64,000 nt of DNA from Syntrophobacteraceae bacterium (GTDB lineage: Bacteria; Desulfobacterota; Syntrophobacteria; Syntrophobacterales; Syntrophobacteraceae), in NCBI GenBank assembly GCA_003566995.1, contig PXBG01000120.1, positions 16,470 to 80,469 on the forward strand, written 5' to 3'. Made by a program: the position numbers and the translations under genes. The notes under the pieces were generated by a model. That model made no database searches. It worked only from the letters and a program-made list of their open reading frames with translations, and was not told where the DNA came from. Of the stretch, positions 50,278-58,916 are shown one piece after another (the first letter of the stretch is position 1; each line of letters starts with the position of its first letter).

Positions 50278-50474
50278 TCCGGGGCCTTTTTGGGCATGAT
50301 CACGAAAAGCCCATGGAGAACCTGGGGGGGCAGGGGCAGGCCCCCATGAGCTTTGCCTCCAGGCTCCGGATCAGGACTCCACATGCCACCAGCGCGCACA
50401 TGAACATGCTGTAGGAAAATTGTGCCGGGGAATTCACCCCCGCTGCAAATCCATGAAGAGGCAACGACACTTTC

Positions 50475-50987
50475 ATGCAGAACAAATGGCTCTTGTACCT
50501 GGCATTGGGTTTCTTTGTGTTCGGCATCATGGGATGGACCAGAACAGCTTACCACCTCTGGACCAACCCCGATGCCTACAACGAACGGGAAGTGGCTTCG
50601 CTGCAGGAACCACAGGGGGAAACGCCTTGGGGTGACAGCAAGGACAAAACCAGCCCGCAAAAGGGCCAGGACACTGGAAAAACTCACGGAAGCTTTTCCC
50701 GGGAGGAAAACGAAACCCCGCACCGGAAAGAAGTGGTGAAAAAGGCCGTGGCTCAACTGGCATCCCTCACGCAGGTTTCCCGTGGCGCCATCACCATCGT
50801 GGAAGTGAGGGAACGGGTCTGGCCGGACAGCAGCCTGGGCTGCCCCAAACCGGGAATGGCTTACATTCAGATTCCCCACGAGGGGTATTCCATTTTGCTC
50901 GAAGCGGAAGGAAGGCTCTACAGGTTTCACTCGGGCACCGAAGGAGAGCCTTTCCTCTGTGACGACCGGTCTGACAAGAACTTTTGA
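50475..50987 (+). CDS. Membrane-anchored protein of unknown function
   Basis: N-terminal TM (WLLYLALGFFVFGIMGW), a low-complexity linker, then a C-terminal domain with VWPDSSLGCPKPGMAY...FLCD. The 312-aa antisense ORF is not protein-like. Confidence 0.6.
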   Translation: MQNKWLLYLALGFFVFGIMGWTRTAYHLWTNPDAYNEREVASLQEPQGETPWGDSKDKTSPQKGQDTGKTHGSFSREENETPHRKEVVKKAVAQLASLTQVSRGAITIVEVRERVWPDSSLGCPKPGMAYIQIPHEGYSILLEAEGRLYRFHSGTEGEPFLCDDRSDKNF

Positions 50988-51211
50988 AACAGAGGCAAGA
51001 GCCGCCTTCGAAAACGTCCCGGAAAAAATTGGCCAGCAGTCCCGTGGAGCTTGATCTTTCCGCACAGCCCCGATGACCCTGCAGGGGAATTCGTCCATGC
51101 TCACGGGACTTTTTTCACCCTTCTGCCGGGAACACACACCCTGTCGTGCAGGGACTTCATGACAGCCACGATTCACTCCGGACCCCCACAGAACAGATTG
51201 TTTGCGATCAT

Positions 51212-51424
51212 ATGGTTGAAGAATTCAAACTGGAAGACGGCGACTACATCGAACTCTCAAAACTGCTGAAAATCACGGGATTGTGCAACAGCGGAGGCAT
51301 GGCCAAGGGGATCATCCTGCAGGGGGAGGTGATGGTGGACAACCAGGTGGAGTTGCGAAGAGGCAGAAAAATCCGAAAGGGACAAAAGGTGCAATGGGGC
51401 CATAAAACCATCCTGGTGGTGTGA
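51212..51424 (+). CDS. S4-domain RNA-binding protein (YbcJ-like, 70 aa)
   Basis: MVEEFKLEDGDYIELSKLLKITGLCNSGGMAKGIILQGEVMVDNQVELRRGRKIRKGQ is typical of YbcJ-like S4 proteins. Confidence 0.7.
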   Translation: MVEEFKLEDGDYIELSKLLKITGLCNSGGMAKGIILQGEVMVDNQVELRRGRKIRKGQKVQWGHKTILVV

Positions 51425-51678
51425 CTTTGCCCCCTCCATTAAACCTTCCATGATGTCTCACCCTTCCGTCCTCGCGACACGTTCCGCTTTTCACCATTCC
51501 TCCTCTTTTTGGAATCGTTCGCCGTTCAGACCGGGTGAGGTGACTTCCTCGTGAATCTGCGGGCGCATTCATAACGCCCTTTTGCAGTCCATCACAGATT
51601 CGTTGCGCCTTCAAAGGTCATTTGACCGGCTTTCTTCCAAAGCACCCGGAGAAAGCATCGTGACCAACCCCGGAGATG

Positions 51679-52404
51679 TCAGGAATTTTTTCGCACCCTT
51701 TCCCCCTGAGGCAGATCCACAGCCGCCACCACGGGAAGATGGTCCGAAGCCACACGGGCAAGCTTGGATTTGTGAACCCTGATGTCCCTGAGTGCTTCCA
51801 TGGGTTTCACCCAGATCCTGTCCAGAGAAAGGAGGGGCAGGCGGGAAGGAAAGGTTCGGGTGGCGGGAGTTTTTCCCAGGATTCCATGGAGCCGCTTTTG
51901 TCCCCGGGCCGTTGGGAACCATTCATTGATGTCCCCCAGAAGGAGGAAAAGGGGTGAGTTCCTTTCCATGATGACATTCGTGAGCCGTGCGATTTGGTAC
52001 CATCGCTCGTAAAAGGTGAGGCCAAGGTGTGTGACGATCACCCTCACCTCCTCATGGTGCACCGAAAGAAGAGCCTCGATGGCTCCCCTTGGCTCCCGCT
52101 GTGAAAAACTCAGGTCGATTTCCTGCTTGTCCAGAACAGGCCACCGGGTGAACAGGGCATTGCCGTAATGACCGTTGGAATACTTTATGGTCGGCCCCGG
52201 AATGGCCTCGTAACCGGTTTCCCTGGCCAGATACTCCATTTGCGCTGAATCGTGCGCACCGCTGGAGCGGTTGTCCACCTCCTGCAGACCAATGATGTCC
52301 GCTCTCAGTTCACCTATCACCCGACCCACCCTTGCGGGATCAAGCCGCCGGTCCACTCCGACACATTTGTGCACATTGTAGCTCGCTACGGTAAAAGTCG
52401 CCAA
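51679..52404 (-). CDS. Endonuclease/exonuclease/phosphatase (EEP) family protein
   Basis: FTVASYNVHKCVG, IIGLQEV, LLGDINEW, SDHLPV. TTG start preceded by AGAGG. Confidence 0.8.
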   Translation of the reverse strand: MATFTVASYNVHKCVGVDRRLDPARVGRVIGELRADIIGLQEVDNRSSGAHDSAQMEYLARETGYEAIPGPTIKYSNGHYGNALFTRWPVLDKQEIDLSFSQREPRGAIEALLSVHHEEVRVIVTHLGLTFYERWYQIARLTNVIMERNSPLFLLLGDINEWFPTARGQKRLHGILGKTPATRTFPSRLPLLSLDRIWVKPMEALRDIRVHKSKLARVASDHLPVVAAVDLPQGERVRKNS

Positions 52405-52433
52405 GAAGACCTCTGGAACTGGTGCAGCATTGC

Positions 52434-54548
52434 TCAGTGCTCACCCTGCTTTTTCTTGAATTTGTCCGGTTTGGAAAACCACCTTGCCTTGATCAGGTAA
52501 AGAGCAGAAACCATAAAAATCAGAATGATGCCGAGGATGGCAAAGCTTTCCCACCCGGGTTCCCTGATGGCAGCCACAAGCTGATGGCCAAAAAGAGTGA
52601 CCGCGGCGATGCCCGGCCCCATTCCCAGCACAGTGCCCACAATGAAATCTCTGAAGCGGATGTGGCTGGCACCTGCAAACATGTTGATGATGGTGAAGGG
52701 TGCAAATGGGATGATGCGAATGGTGACCACGGTGAGCACGCCGTGGTCACCCAGTTTTCGGCTCAGGCGGTGGACGCGCGAACCCGCAAGACGGGACACC
52801 GCTTCCCTTCCGAGAGCTCTGCCCATTCCATAGGTGGCCATCGCAGCCAGAACGCATCCGGTCATGGAATAAAAGAAGCCGTTGACAGGTCCGAAAGTGA
52901 TGGCCGTGGCCATGATCAGAACGGTGACGGGAAGCATGACCAGACTGCCCAAAACGTAGGCTGAAAGGACAATTGCAGGGGCCATTCCACTGTCTTTCAC
53001 CCCTGCTCCCAAAGCCACCAGGGTGTCGTAGTCCACCCAGTCACTGAGGGGAGTCCAGCGCCAGGCCGCCGCAAGAGCCAGCAATGCCCCCAGAAGGAGA
53101 AGGACCCGCCAAAGGCGGTGTTCGCCTTCCTGAGCCACATCTTCGGGCAGAAGTTTACCAGGATCAATGGGTTCCACAGGATCCACGGCAACGGGAATGA
53201 ACTCGTTTTTCCAGGAGATCTCCTCCCGGGGAAAGGGCAAAAAAGTCCTTCCCGTCCCACTCAGCTTCTCGATGCTCCTGATGAGGGACCCCGTCTCCCT
53301 CATGGCGCCCTCCATCTCCCGGGAAGACACACCGAGATGCTCTGCAAGAAGGCGATGCATGAAACGGGAAATTCCCTCTTCGATGCGCTGCTCACCCGAA
53401 GACTCCAGAGCGATGTCACACTCCGTGTCAACCCCCATGGACCGGTTTGTGAGGTTGGACGATCCCACCCGGGCAAAAGTTCCGTCCACAATCATCACCT
53501 TGGAATGAACATTCAAGACACTTCCCTGGAGACCAGGCACATGGGGATAGTAGATGCGAAGGCGACCGTGCACGTCGGCACGCCTCAGATGCGCCAGCAA
53601 GCCCGCTCTGAGTACCCCCAGGGTGGTCTCCTCCAGCCAGTCCGAACTCACACGCAAGACGATCACGATTTCGGGCCCTTCTTTTTTTTCGAGGCTCCCG
53701 GCCAGCGCCTTGCCAACGGACATGGAAGTGAGGTACTGATTTTCGATGTAAATGAAACGCTGCGCGGCGGCAATGGTGTCGAGGTAAAGGGCTTCCACCT
53801 CCCGAATTCCCTCTCTGCCCTTGTGTGCAGGGTCTGTACGGACCACGGCCACCCGCACGTCTTCCAGGTCGGGCACCATATGTGGAGGCCAAAGGTCCCC
53901 TTCGACTCTTTCGGGAACCTCAAGGCTTTTTCCCGTGGCTCTTTGCCAGCGTGTCCTGATCAACTCACCCAAAGCCGAGGCCACCTGCCCCTCCAGAACG
54001 ATCTGAACGTCATGAAAAGGGCCGTAATGTTCTCCTGAAGGTTCAATCCGGCGTGGATCGTGAGGCTTGTGCTCCGGTGTGTCCCATCTTCTTCTGGTGA
54101 GATCGATTCCTCCCACGAAAGCCATTCGATCATCCATGACCACCACTTTCTGGTGGTGAGCCCCCCCAATGGGATGTTCACCATCCATGTGGAAGTGAAT
54201 CCTCCTGTTCTTCTTCCAGGGAAGCCTGAAGTCAGGAAAAAACTGGCGCTCAAAGGCGTAGATGACGGCAAAGTCCCACTCCAGCAGGTGTGCCTTCAGT
54301 TTTTTTTCCTTTTTAACCAGGCGATTGAGAAATTCAAAAAATACGGGAGAGTGGCCTTCCACTTCCCCTTCGCGGAAAAGCCGGATTCGGCTGTCTATGT
54401 CCCAGCCCGCTATGAGAATGGATTCCCTTGCATTGAGCGCGGAACGGGCGAAGGCTTCGAAATAGGCTGCGGCATCCACCAGAAAGGCAAGCCTATGGGC
54501 CTTTTTTATACACCAGCAGTTTTTCCCTTCTTCGAGGATGTCTTTCAT
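52434..54548 (-). CDS. Phospholipase D family protein fused to a C-terminal DedA/VTT (SNARE-associated) membrane domain
   Basis: Two HKD motifs (HHQKVVVMDD, VHSKVMIVDG). The C-terminal ~230 aa is multi-TM with a DedA-like pattern (VTIRIIPFAPFTIINMFAG). Confidence 0.85.
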   Translation of the reverse strand: MKDILEEGKNCWCIKKAHRLAFLVDAAAYFEAFARSALNARESILIAGWDIDSRIRLFREGEVEGHSPVFFEFLNRLVKKEKKLKAHLLEWDFAVIYAFERQFFPDFRLPWKKNRRIHFHMDGEHPIGGAHHQKVVVMDDRMAFVGGIDLTRRRWDTPEHKPHDPRRIEPSGEHYGPFHDVQIVLEGQVASALGELIRTRWQRATGKSLEVPERVEGDLWPPHMVPDLEDVRVAVVRTDPAHKGREGIREVEALYLDTIAAAQRFIYIENQYLTSMSVGKALAGSLEKKEGPEIVIVLRVSSDWLEETTLGVLRAGLLAHLRRADVHGRLRIYYPHVPGLQGSVLNVHSKVMIVDGTFARVGSSNLTNRSMGVDTECDIALESSGEQRIEEGISRFMHRLLAEHLGVSSREMEGAMRETGSLIRSIEKLSGTGRTFLPFPREEISWKNEFIPVAVDPVEPIDPGKLLPEDVAQEGEHRLWRVLLLLGALLALAAAWRWTPLSDWVDYDTLVALGAGVKDSGMAPAIVLSAYVLGSLVMLPVTVLIMATAITFGPVNGFFYSMTGCVLAAMATYGMGRALGREAVSRLAGSRVHRLSRKLGDHGVLTVVTIRIIPFAPFTIINMFAGASHIRFRDFIVGTVLGMGPGIAAVTLFGHQLVAAIREPGWESFAILGIILIFMVSALYLIKARWFSKPDKFKKKQGEH

Positions 54549-54768
54549 GCATCAACAGTCCGTTGGGAGTTCAGGTTTTCCGGAATAAAAAATCGATCAG
54601 GACCTTAAAGGGCACCCCGGTGCAAGGCACGGGAAACAAGGCCCCTTGGTCCAATGAATCCGAAGGGCTCAGCGTTCTTGCTCACCTGGATAGGGATTCT
54701 ATCACAGAGGATCCTGAACGTGAGCGCATATCTCGCTTTTTTTCGCGGGGCAACATCCCCTGTTCCAT

Positions 54769-54798
54769 AAAAAAAGCCCTTCCGAAGGGCGGAAGGGC
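54769..54798 (-). terminator. Rho-independent terminator of the small-lipoprotein operon
   Basis: Minus strand: GCCCTTCCG-CCCTT-CGGAAGGGC followed by T7. Confidence 0.75.
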
Positions 54799-54839
54799 TT
54801 GTGGACATTCACTTTTTGCTTTTTCAAAAGGAAAACGAA

Positions 54840-55130
54840 TCAGTAACCGTGATGGTTCTCCGGTTCCTGGTGATCCATCGTCCCTCTTTGCGAATCATGG
54901 GGTGGCTCCGGGGGTGGCTCGGGCGCCATTCTCTGGTTTTCCCGTTGCTGCCCGGGAACCCCTTCTCTCATGGTGTCTTCCTGCTGTTCATAATGCTGTT
55001 CATATCCTGGCGGGGGTTCAGCGGGACTCATGGGAAGCTCCTGCTCCTCTTCGGAAGGACCGCAGCCCACGACCAGTCCGAAAGCCAAAATCATCAGAAC
55101 AACAGTGAGTCTCTTTTTCTTTGTCTTCAT
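54840..55130 (-). CDS. Small E/P/Q/H-rich lipoprotein (96 aa)
   Basis: MKTKKKRLTVVLMILAFGLVVGC lipobox. The mature part is low-complexity and acidic and ends in DHQEPENHHGY. Confidence 0.65.
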   Translation of the reverse strand: MKTKKKRLTVVLMILAFGLVVGCGPSEEEQELPMSPAEPPPGYEQHYEQQEDTMREGVPGQQRENQRMAPEPPPEPPHDSQRGTMDHQEPENHHGY

Positions 55131-55151
55131 CCCTCAAACCTCTGGGCTTGT

Positions 55152-55586
55152 TTATTGGATTTCTTCCAGCTTGCTGAAAAACTTATCCCTGAGTTCCGGA
55201 CTCATCTGGGCAGCTTCCATGACCTGGTTGTAGGTTTGCACATCCAGATCGTTGTCTTCCACGGCCTGTTCCATGGCCGTTGCCGCCTGCATCTGCATTT
55301 GCTGGGCTTCATTGGGATCTTCCACACCCGCCAAATTGTTCTGAAGGTCCAAACGTATTTCCTGTATTTCACTGTAGGCCATGGCGGCTTTTTCCAGCTC
55401 GCTGTCACTGATGTCCATGTCCGCAGCAGGCTGTTCCATCATCTGCTGCTGCTGACCCTGCTGTCCGTATCCCTCCTGCTGTCCATATCCCTCCTGCGCG
55501 TGCACTTTAGCACCCAGGCACAAAAAGAGGGCGCACACCAGGGCAAATCCAATCAAAAGGGGGGACTTTTTTTTCAACTTCATCAA
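55152..55586 (-). CDS. Secreted helical protein, DUF4168-like (family assignment from memory)
   Basis: Signal peptide ending VHA-QE, QEGYGQ x2 repeat plus a Q-run, then ISDSELEKAAMAYSEIQEIRLDLQ...LDVQTYNQVMEAAQMSPELRDKF. AGGAGG SD. Confidence 0.65.
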   Translation of the reverse strand: MMKLKKKSPLLIGFALVCALFLCLGAKVHAQEGYGQQEGYGQQGQQQQMMEQPAADMDISDSELEKAAMAYSEIQEIRLDLQNNLAGVEDPNEAQQMQMQAATAMEQAVEDNDLDVQTYNQVMEAAQMSPELRDKFFSKLEEIQ

Positions 55587-55661
55587 AACCTCCTGAGAAT
55601 AAGTTATGCCGTCACCTCATCCATTACGTGAAACACGTGACGACGTTGCCCCACCCTGAAG

Positions 55662-55677
55662 AGCATTTCCCGTGCCA
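55662..55677 (-). promoter_or_regulatory. Sigma-54 (-24/-12) promoter for the DUF4168-like/lipoprotein operon
   Basis: Minus strand reads TGGCACGGGAAATGCT versus consensus TGGCACG-N4-TTGCW: correct GG-N10-GC spacing and one mismatch. Lies about 76-91 nt upstream of the ATG at 55586. Confidence 0.65.
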
Positions 55678-55768
55678 GGAATGAACCTGAATTTTTCTTG
55701 AGCACACGCCCGCCCAAAAATCCATGGGAGAAGAGAACCCTGAGAACGAGGCCCAATGAGGGATCGGA

Positions 55769-55782
55769 CTGCCAAAGGGCAG
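55769..55782. promoter_or_regulatory. Palindrome CTGCC-AAAG-GGCAG, candidate enhancer (UAS) about 95-105 nt upstream of the sigma-54 promoter
   Basis: Read directly. The position is compatible with bEBP binding sites. The sequence is not a known consensus. Confidence 0.25.
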
Positions 55783-55899
55783 ACCTGGAAGCATGCTCCC
55801 TGGCCACAACCTTCACCTTCCGTGGCCTTGAAAAGCAGCTCCAGGAGGTGTATACAAATGACACATGTGCAATAAACAGCCTGTGTCGAAAGAGAAAAA

Positions 55900-57390
55900 A
55901 TGGACGGTCAAAACACATTTTTATCCAGATTCTTCAGCCTGCGATGGGCATTTGCGATTTCTGTGGTGGTTCCCCTGGCCGCTGCCGCAGCCTTGACGGG
56001 ATATCTGACCATCCGGTTTCTGGAGGATAAGGTCGAACAACGCATGCAAAAGGACCTGGAACTGGTGGCGAGAGCCATCCAGCTGCCCCTGAGCCACTCT
56101 CTGGAACTGAACCGGGAAGGCAGCATCGCTCAGGCCCTGGAGTCGGCTTTTTCCATTGGCAAAGTCTATGGGGTCTATGTTTATGACCAAGAGGGACAGC
56201 AAGTGGCCTCCGCAGGAAGGGTCGAGCCGGAACCGGAAAAAGAAAAACTGACCGAACTGGCCGCCTACGGTGAAGAAAGGGGGGAATACGGCCATGTGGC
56301 AGGCCGAAAGGTCTATTCCTACTTTGTTCCCCTGACCGATTCGGGAGGGAGGGTCAACGGCTTGCTGCAACTCACCCGCCGTGAAAGCGATTTCCAGGAG
56401 GACATTCGGGCCATGCGGGCCAACGGCGCCATCGGACTCGCCGCCGCCATGCTGCTCATGTCGGGACTGGTCTTTTACGGCCACCACCGGGCCATGGGCA
56501 GATACTTTTCCAGCCTCATCACGAGCATGTCCAGAGTGGCGGAGGGCGAAAGGAGTCATCGCTTCACACCTCACGGCCCCACGGAAATCGTGTCCATCGG
56601 ATTGCAGTTCAACCATATGCTCGACCGCATCGAAGCGGCTCAAAAAGAACTGCGCCAACGAAGGGACAGGCAGGAACAGCTCAAAACTCAACTGCGCCAG
56701 GCTGAAAAACTCGCAGCCATCGGCCAGCTGGCCGCAGGCGTGGCCCATGAACTGGGGACTCCCCTGGGCGTGGTCAGCGGAAAGGCTCAGCGTGCCCTCC
56801 GCAATAAAAATCTGGACCAGGACGTCTCGGGGGCCCTGAAGGATATTCGGGGGGAAGTGCGCCGCATGGAGCACATCATTCGCCAGTTACTGGATTTCAG
56901 CCGCCACAACACCCTCCGCAAGAAGCCCGCATCACTGGGCCGGCTTGCTCACGCTTCCCTTTCCGCGGTGGCACAGGAGGCTTTTGAGCACGATGTGCAA
57001 CTGGAAATGCAGGAGACTGAAAGGGACACCATGGTCCATGTGGACTCGGTGCACATAGTGCAGGCGCTGGTGAACCTCTTGCGCAATGCCATTCAGTCGG
57101 CGCCGGCGGGCAAAGTGATCCTCTCATGGGGCCTGGAACCCGGCCAAGCCTGGATGCAGGTGGACGACAACGGCCCGGGAATCCCGGAGGAGATCAGGAA
57201 CAAGCTTTTCGAGCCTTTTTTCACCACCAAAGAGGTGGGTGCCGGAACTGGTTTGGGGCTGGCCGTTGTGCATGGCATCATCGAGGAGCATGAAGGGGAA
57301 CTGGAATTTGGGGAAAGCCACCTGGGAGGAGCGTTTTTTCGCTTTCGCCTGCCCGTGCACCAGACCCCCACGGAGGATGAGAAGGCGTGA
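55900..57390 (+). CDS. Sensor histidine kinase (2 TM, periplasmic domain, HAMP, HisKA, HATPase)
   Basis: H-box VAHELGTPLG, N-box LLRNAIQS, G-boxes DDNGPGIP and GAGTGLGLAV. Confidence 0.88.
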   Translation: MDGQNTFLSRFFSLRWAFAISVVVPLAAAAALTGYLTIRFLEDKVEQRMQKDLELVARAIQLPLSHSLELNREGSIAQALESAFSIGKVYGVYVYDQEGQQVASAGRVEPEPEKEKLTELAAYGEERGEYGHVAGRKVYSYFVPLTDSGGRVNGLLQLTRRESDFQEDIRAMRANGAIGLAAAMLLMSGLVFYGHHRAMGRYFSSLITSMSRVAEGERSHRFTPHGPTEIVSIGLQFNHMLDRIEAAQKELRQRRDRQEQLKTQLRQAEKLAAIGQLAAGVAHELGTPLGVVSGKAQRALRNKNLDQDVSGALKDIRGEVRRMEHIIRQLLDFSRHNTLRKKPASLGRLAHASLSAVAQEAFEHDVQLEMQETERDTMVHVDSVHIVQALVNLLRNAIQSAPAGKVILSWGLEPGQAWMQVDDNGPGIPEEIRNKLFEPFFTTKEVGAGTGLGLAVVHGIIEEHEGELEFGESHLGGAFFRFRLPVHQTPTEDEKA

Positions 57391-58790
57391 CCCGTCACCA
57401 AATGAACGCGAAAATCAGCGGCAGCAAAGTTCTCGTCGTCGAAGATGACCAGGCTTTCGCCAAAATGCTGATCCAGGAAATCCAGGATCATGAGTTCACA
57501 ACCCGCTGGGCGGGCAGCGGAGAGGAAGCCCTCACCCTCATAAAGGAATGGGCCCCCGATCTTGTGGTCAGCGACCTTCGCCTGCCGGGGATGGATGGCC
57601 TGGGACTTCTTGAGAATACCAGAAGGGAACTGGTGAACAGTGGACCAGACTTTTTGATCATCACCGCCTTTGGAAGCATTTCCCGAGCGGTGGAAGCCCT
57701 CAAGGCCGGAGCCGAGGATTTCCTGACCAAACCCCTGGATCTGGATCATTTCATGCTCACCGTCACCCGGATTCTCAAGAACAGGTGCCTGCGTCAGGAA
57801 ATCAACCGCATCAAGGATTTTCTGGACCAGGATGTCTTTCGGGGCATGATCGGTCAAAGCAAGGCCATGCGCACACTCTTTGACCAGATCAGCCGCGTGG
57901 CCATGGCTGACGGCCCTGTGCTCATCCTGGGCGAATCGGGGACGGGCAAGGAGTTGGTGGCACGAGCCATCCATGATGAAAACAGGAACCGCAAAGGTTC
58001 TTTTCTGGCCGTGAATTGCGCCGGAATTCCTGAGCACCTTCTGGAAAGTGAATTCTTCGGCCACAAGGCCGGTGCATTCAGCGGGGCGGACAAATCCAGG
58101 CGCGGCCTTTGTGCAGAAGCGGATGGAGGCACCTTGTTTCTGGATGAAGTCTCGGAAATGCCCCTCTTTCTTCAGGCCAAACTTCTGCGAATGCTTCAGG
58201 ACGGAAAAATCAGGCCTGTGGGAGCGGATAAGGAAGAGCAGGTCAATGTCCGCACGGTGGCCGCCACACACCAGGATCTGGAAAACGAAGTCAAGCTGGG
58301 CAATTTTCGCCAGGACCTTTTCTTTCGCCTGGAAACTTTCACCCTGAGAGTCCCTCCCCTGCGGGAACGGGGCGACGATTTGGAAATCCTGGCTGCTCGT
58401 CTGCTGCACCGCTTCAGTTTTCAAACCAACAAGAACATACAGGGTTTTGACGACAGAACCCTTAAAATTCTCAAGCAGTACCCCTTTCCGGGAAATGTTC
58501 GCGAATTGAAAAATGCCATTGAGCGGGCCGTGACCTTCTGCGATGGGAGGGTCATTCTGCCGGAACACCTGCCGGCCAGAATCAGGGAAAGCTCGCCACT
58601 GAACAACCTTCACAGTGAAAATACCGTTTCCTGCGTGGTGCAGGGCCATGAAAACCTGCCCACTTTGTCCCAGGCCGAAAAGCACTACATCCGGCACGTG
58701 CTGCACCGGGTGGGCGGCAACAAACGGCGTGCGGCCGCCGTTCTGGGCATTTGCCGACGGACACTCTACCGCAAGCTCGAGCAGTTTTAA
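57387..58790 (+). CDS. Sigma-54-dependent response regulator (NtrC family)
   Basis: Receiver (VLVVEDD...DLVVSDLRLPGMDG), AAA+ with GESGTGKE and the GAFSGA (GAFTGA-type) loop, C-terminal HTH. GTGA overlap with the kinase stop. An ATG at 57402 is an alternative start. Confidence 0.9.
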   Translation: MTRHQMNAKISGSKVLVVEDDQAFAKMLIQEIQDHEFTTRWAGSGEEALTLIKEWAPDLVVSDLRLPGMDGLGLLENTRRELVNSGPDFLIITAFGSISRAVEALKAGAEDFLTKPLDLDHFMLTVTRILKNRCLRQEINRIKDFLDQDVFRGMIGQSKAMRTLFDQISRVAMADGPVLILGESGTGKELVARAIHDENRNRKGSFLAVNCAGIPEHLLESEFFGHKAGAFSGADKSRRGLCAEADGGTLFLDEVSEMPLFLQAKLLRMLQDGKIRPVGADKEEQVNVRTVAATHQDLENEVKLGNFRQDLFFRLETFTLRVPPLRERGDDLEILAARLLHRFSFQTNKNIQGFDDRTLKILKQYPFPGNVRELKNAIERAVTFCDGRVILPEHLPARIRESSPLNNLHSENTVSCVVQGHENLPTLSQAEKHYIRHVLHRVGGNKRRAAAVLGICRRTLYRKLEQF

Positions 58791-58916
58791 CCTGAAATCC
58801 CTGAAGCTTGGGGAAACCGCAAGGGGCGCTTCACCACTCAGAAACCCCTTGAAAATTCCCCTGCGGCAAGGGATTCACCATTCTTTCACAAAATCTTCAA
58901 GCGAGGAAAAATTTTC

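Noticed and set aside
50238-51176. 312-aa minus-strand ORF.
   Set aside because: Its sequence is not protein-like. It overlaps the more plausible plus-strand membrane-anchored protein (50475-50987) and the start region of the S4-domain gene.
57093-58706. 537-aa minus-strand ORF.
   Set aside because: It is antisense to the NtrC-family regulator and the end of the kinase, both of which have unambiguous motifs on the plus strand.
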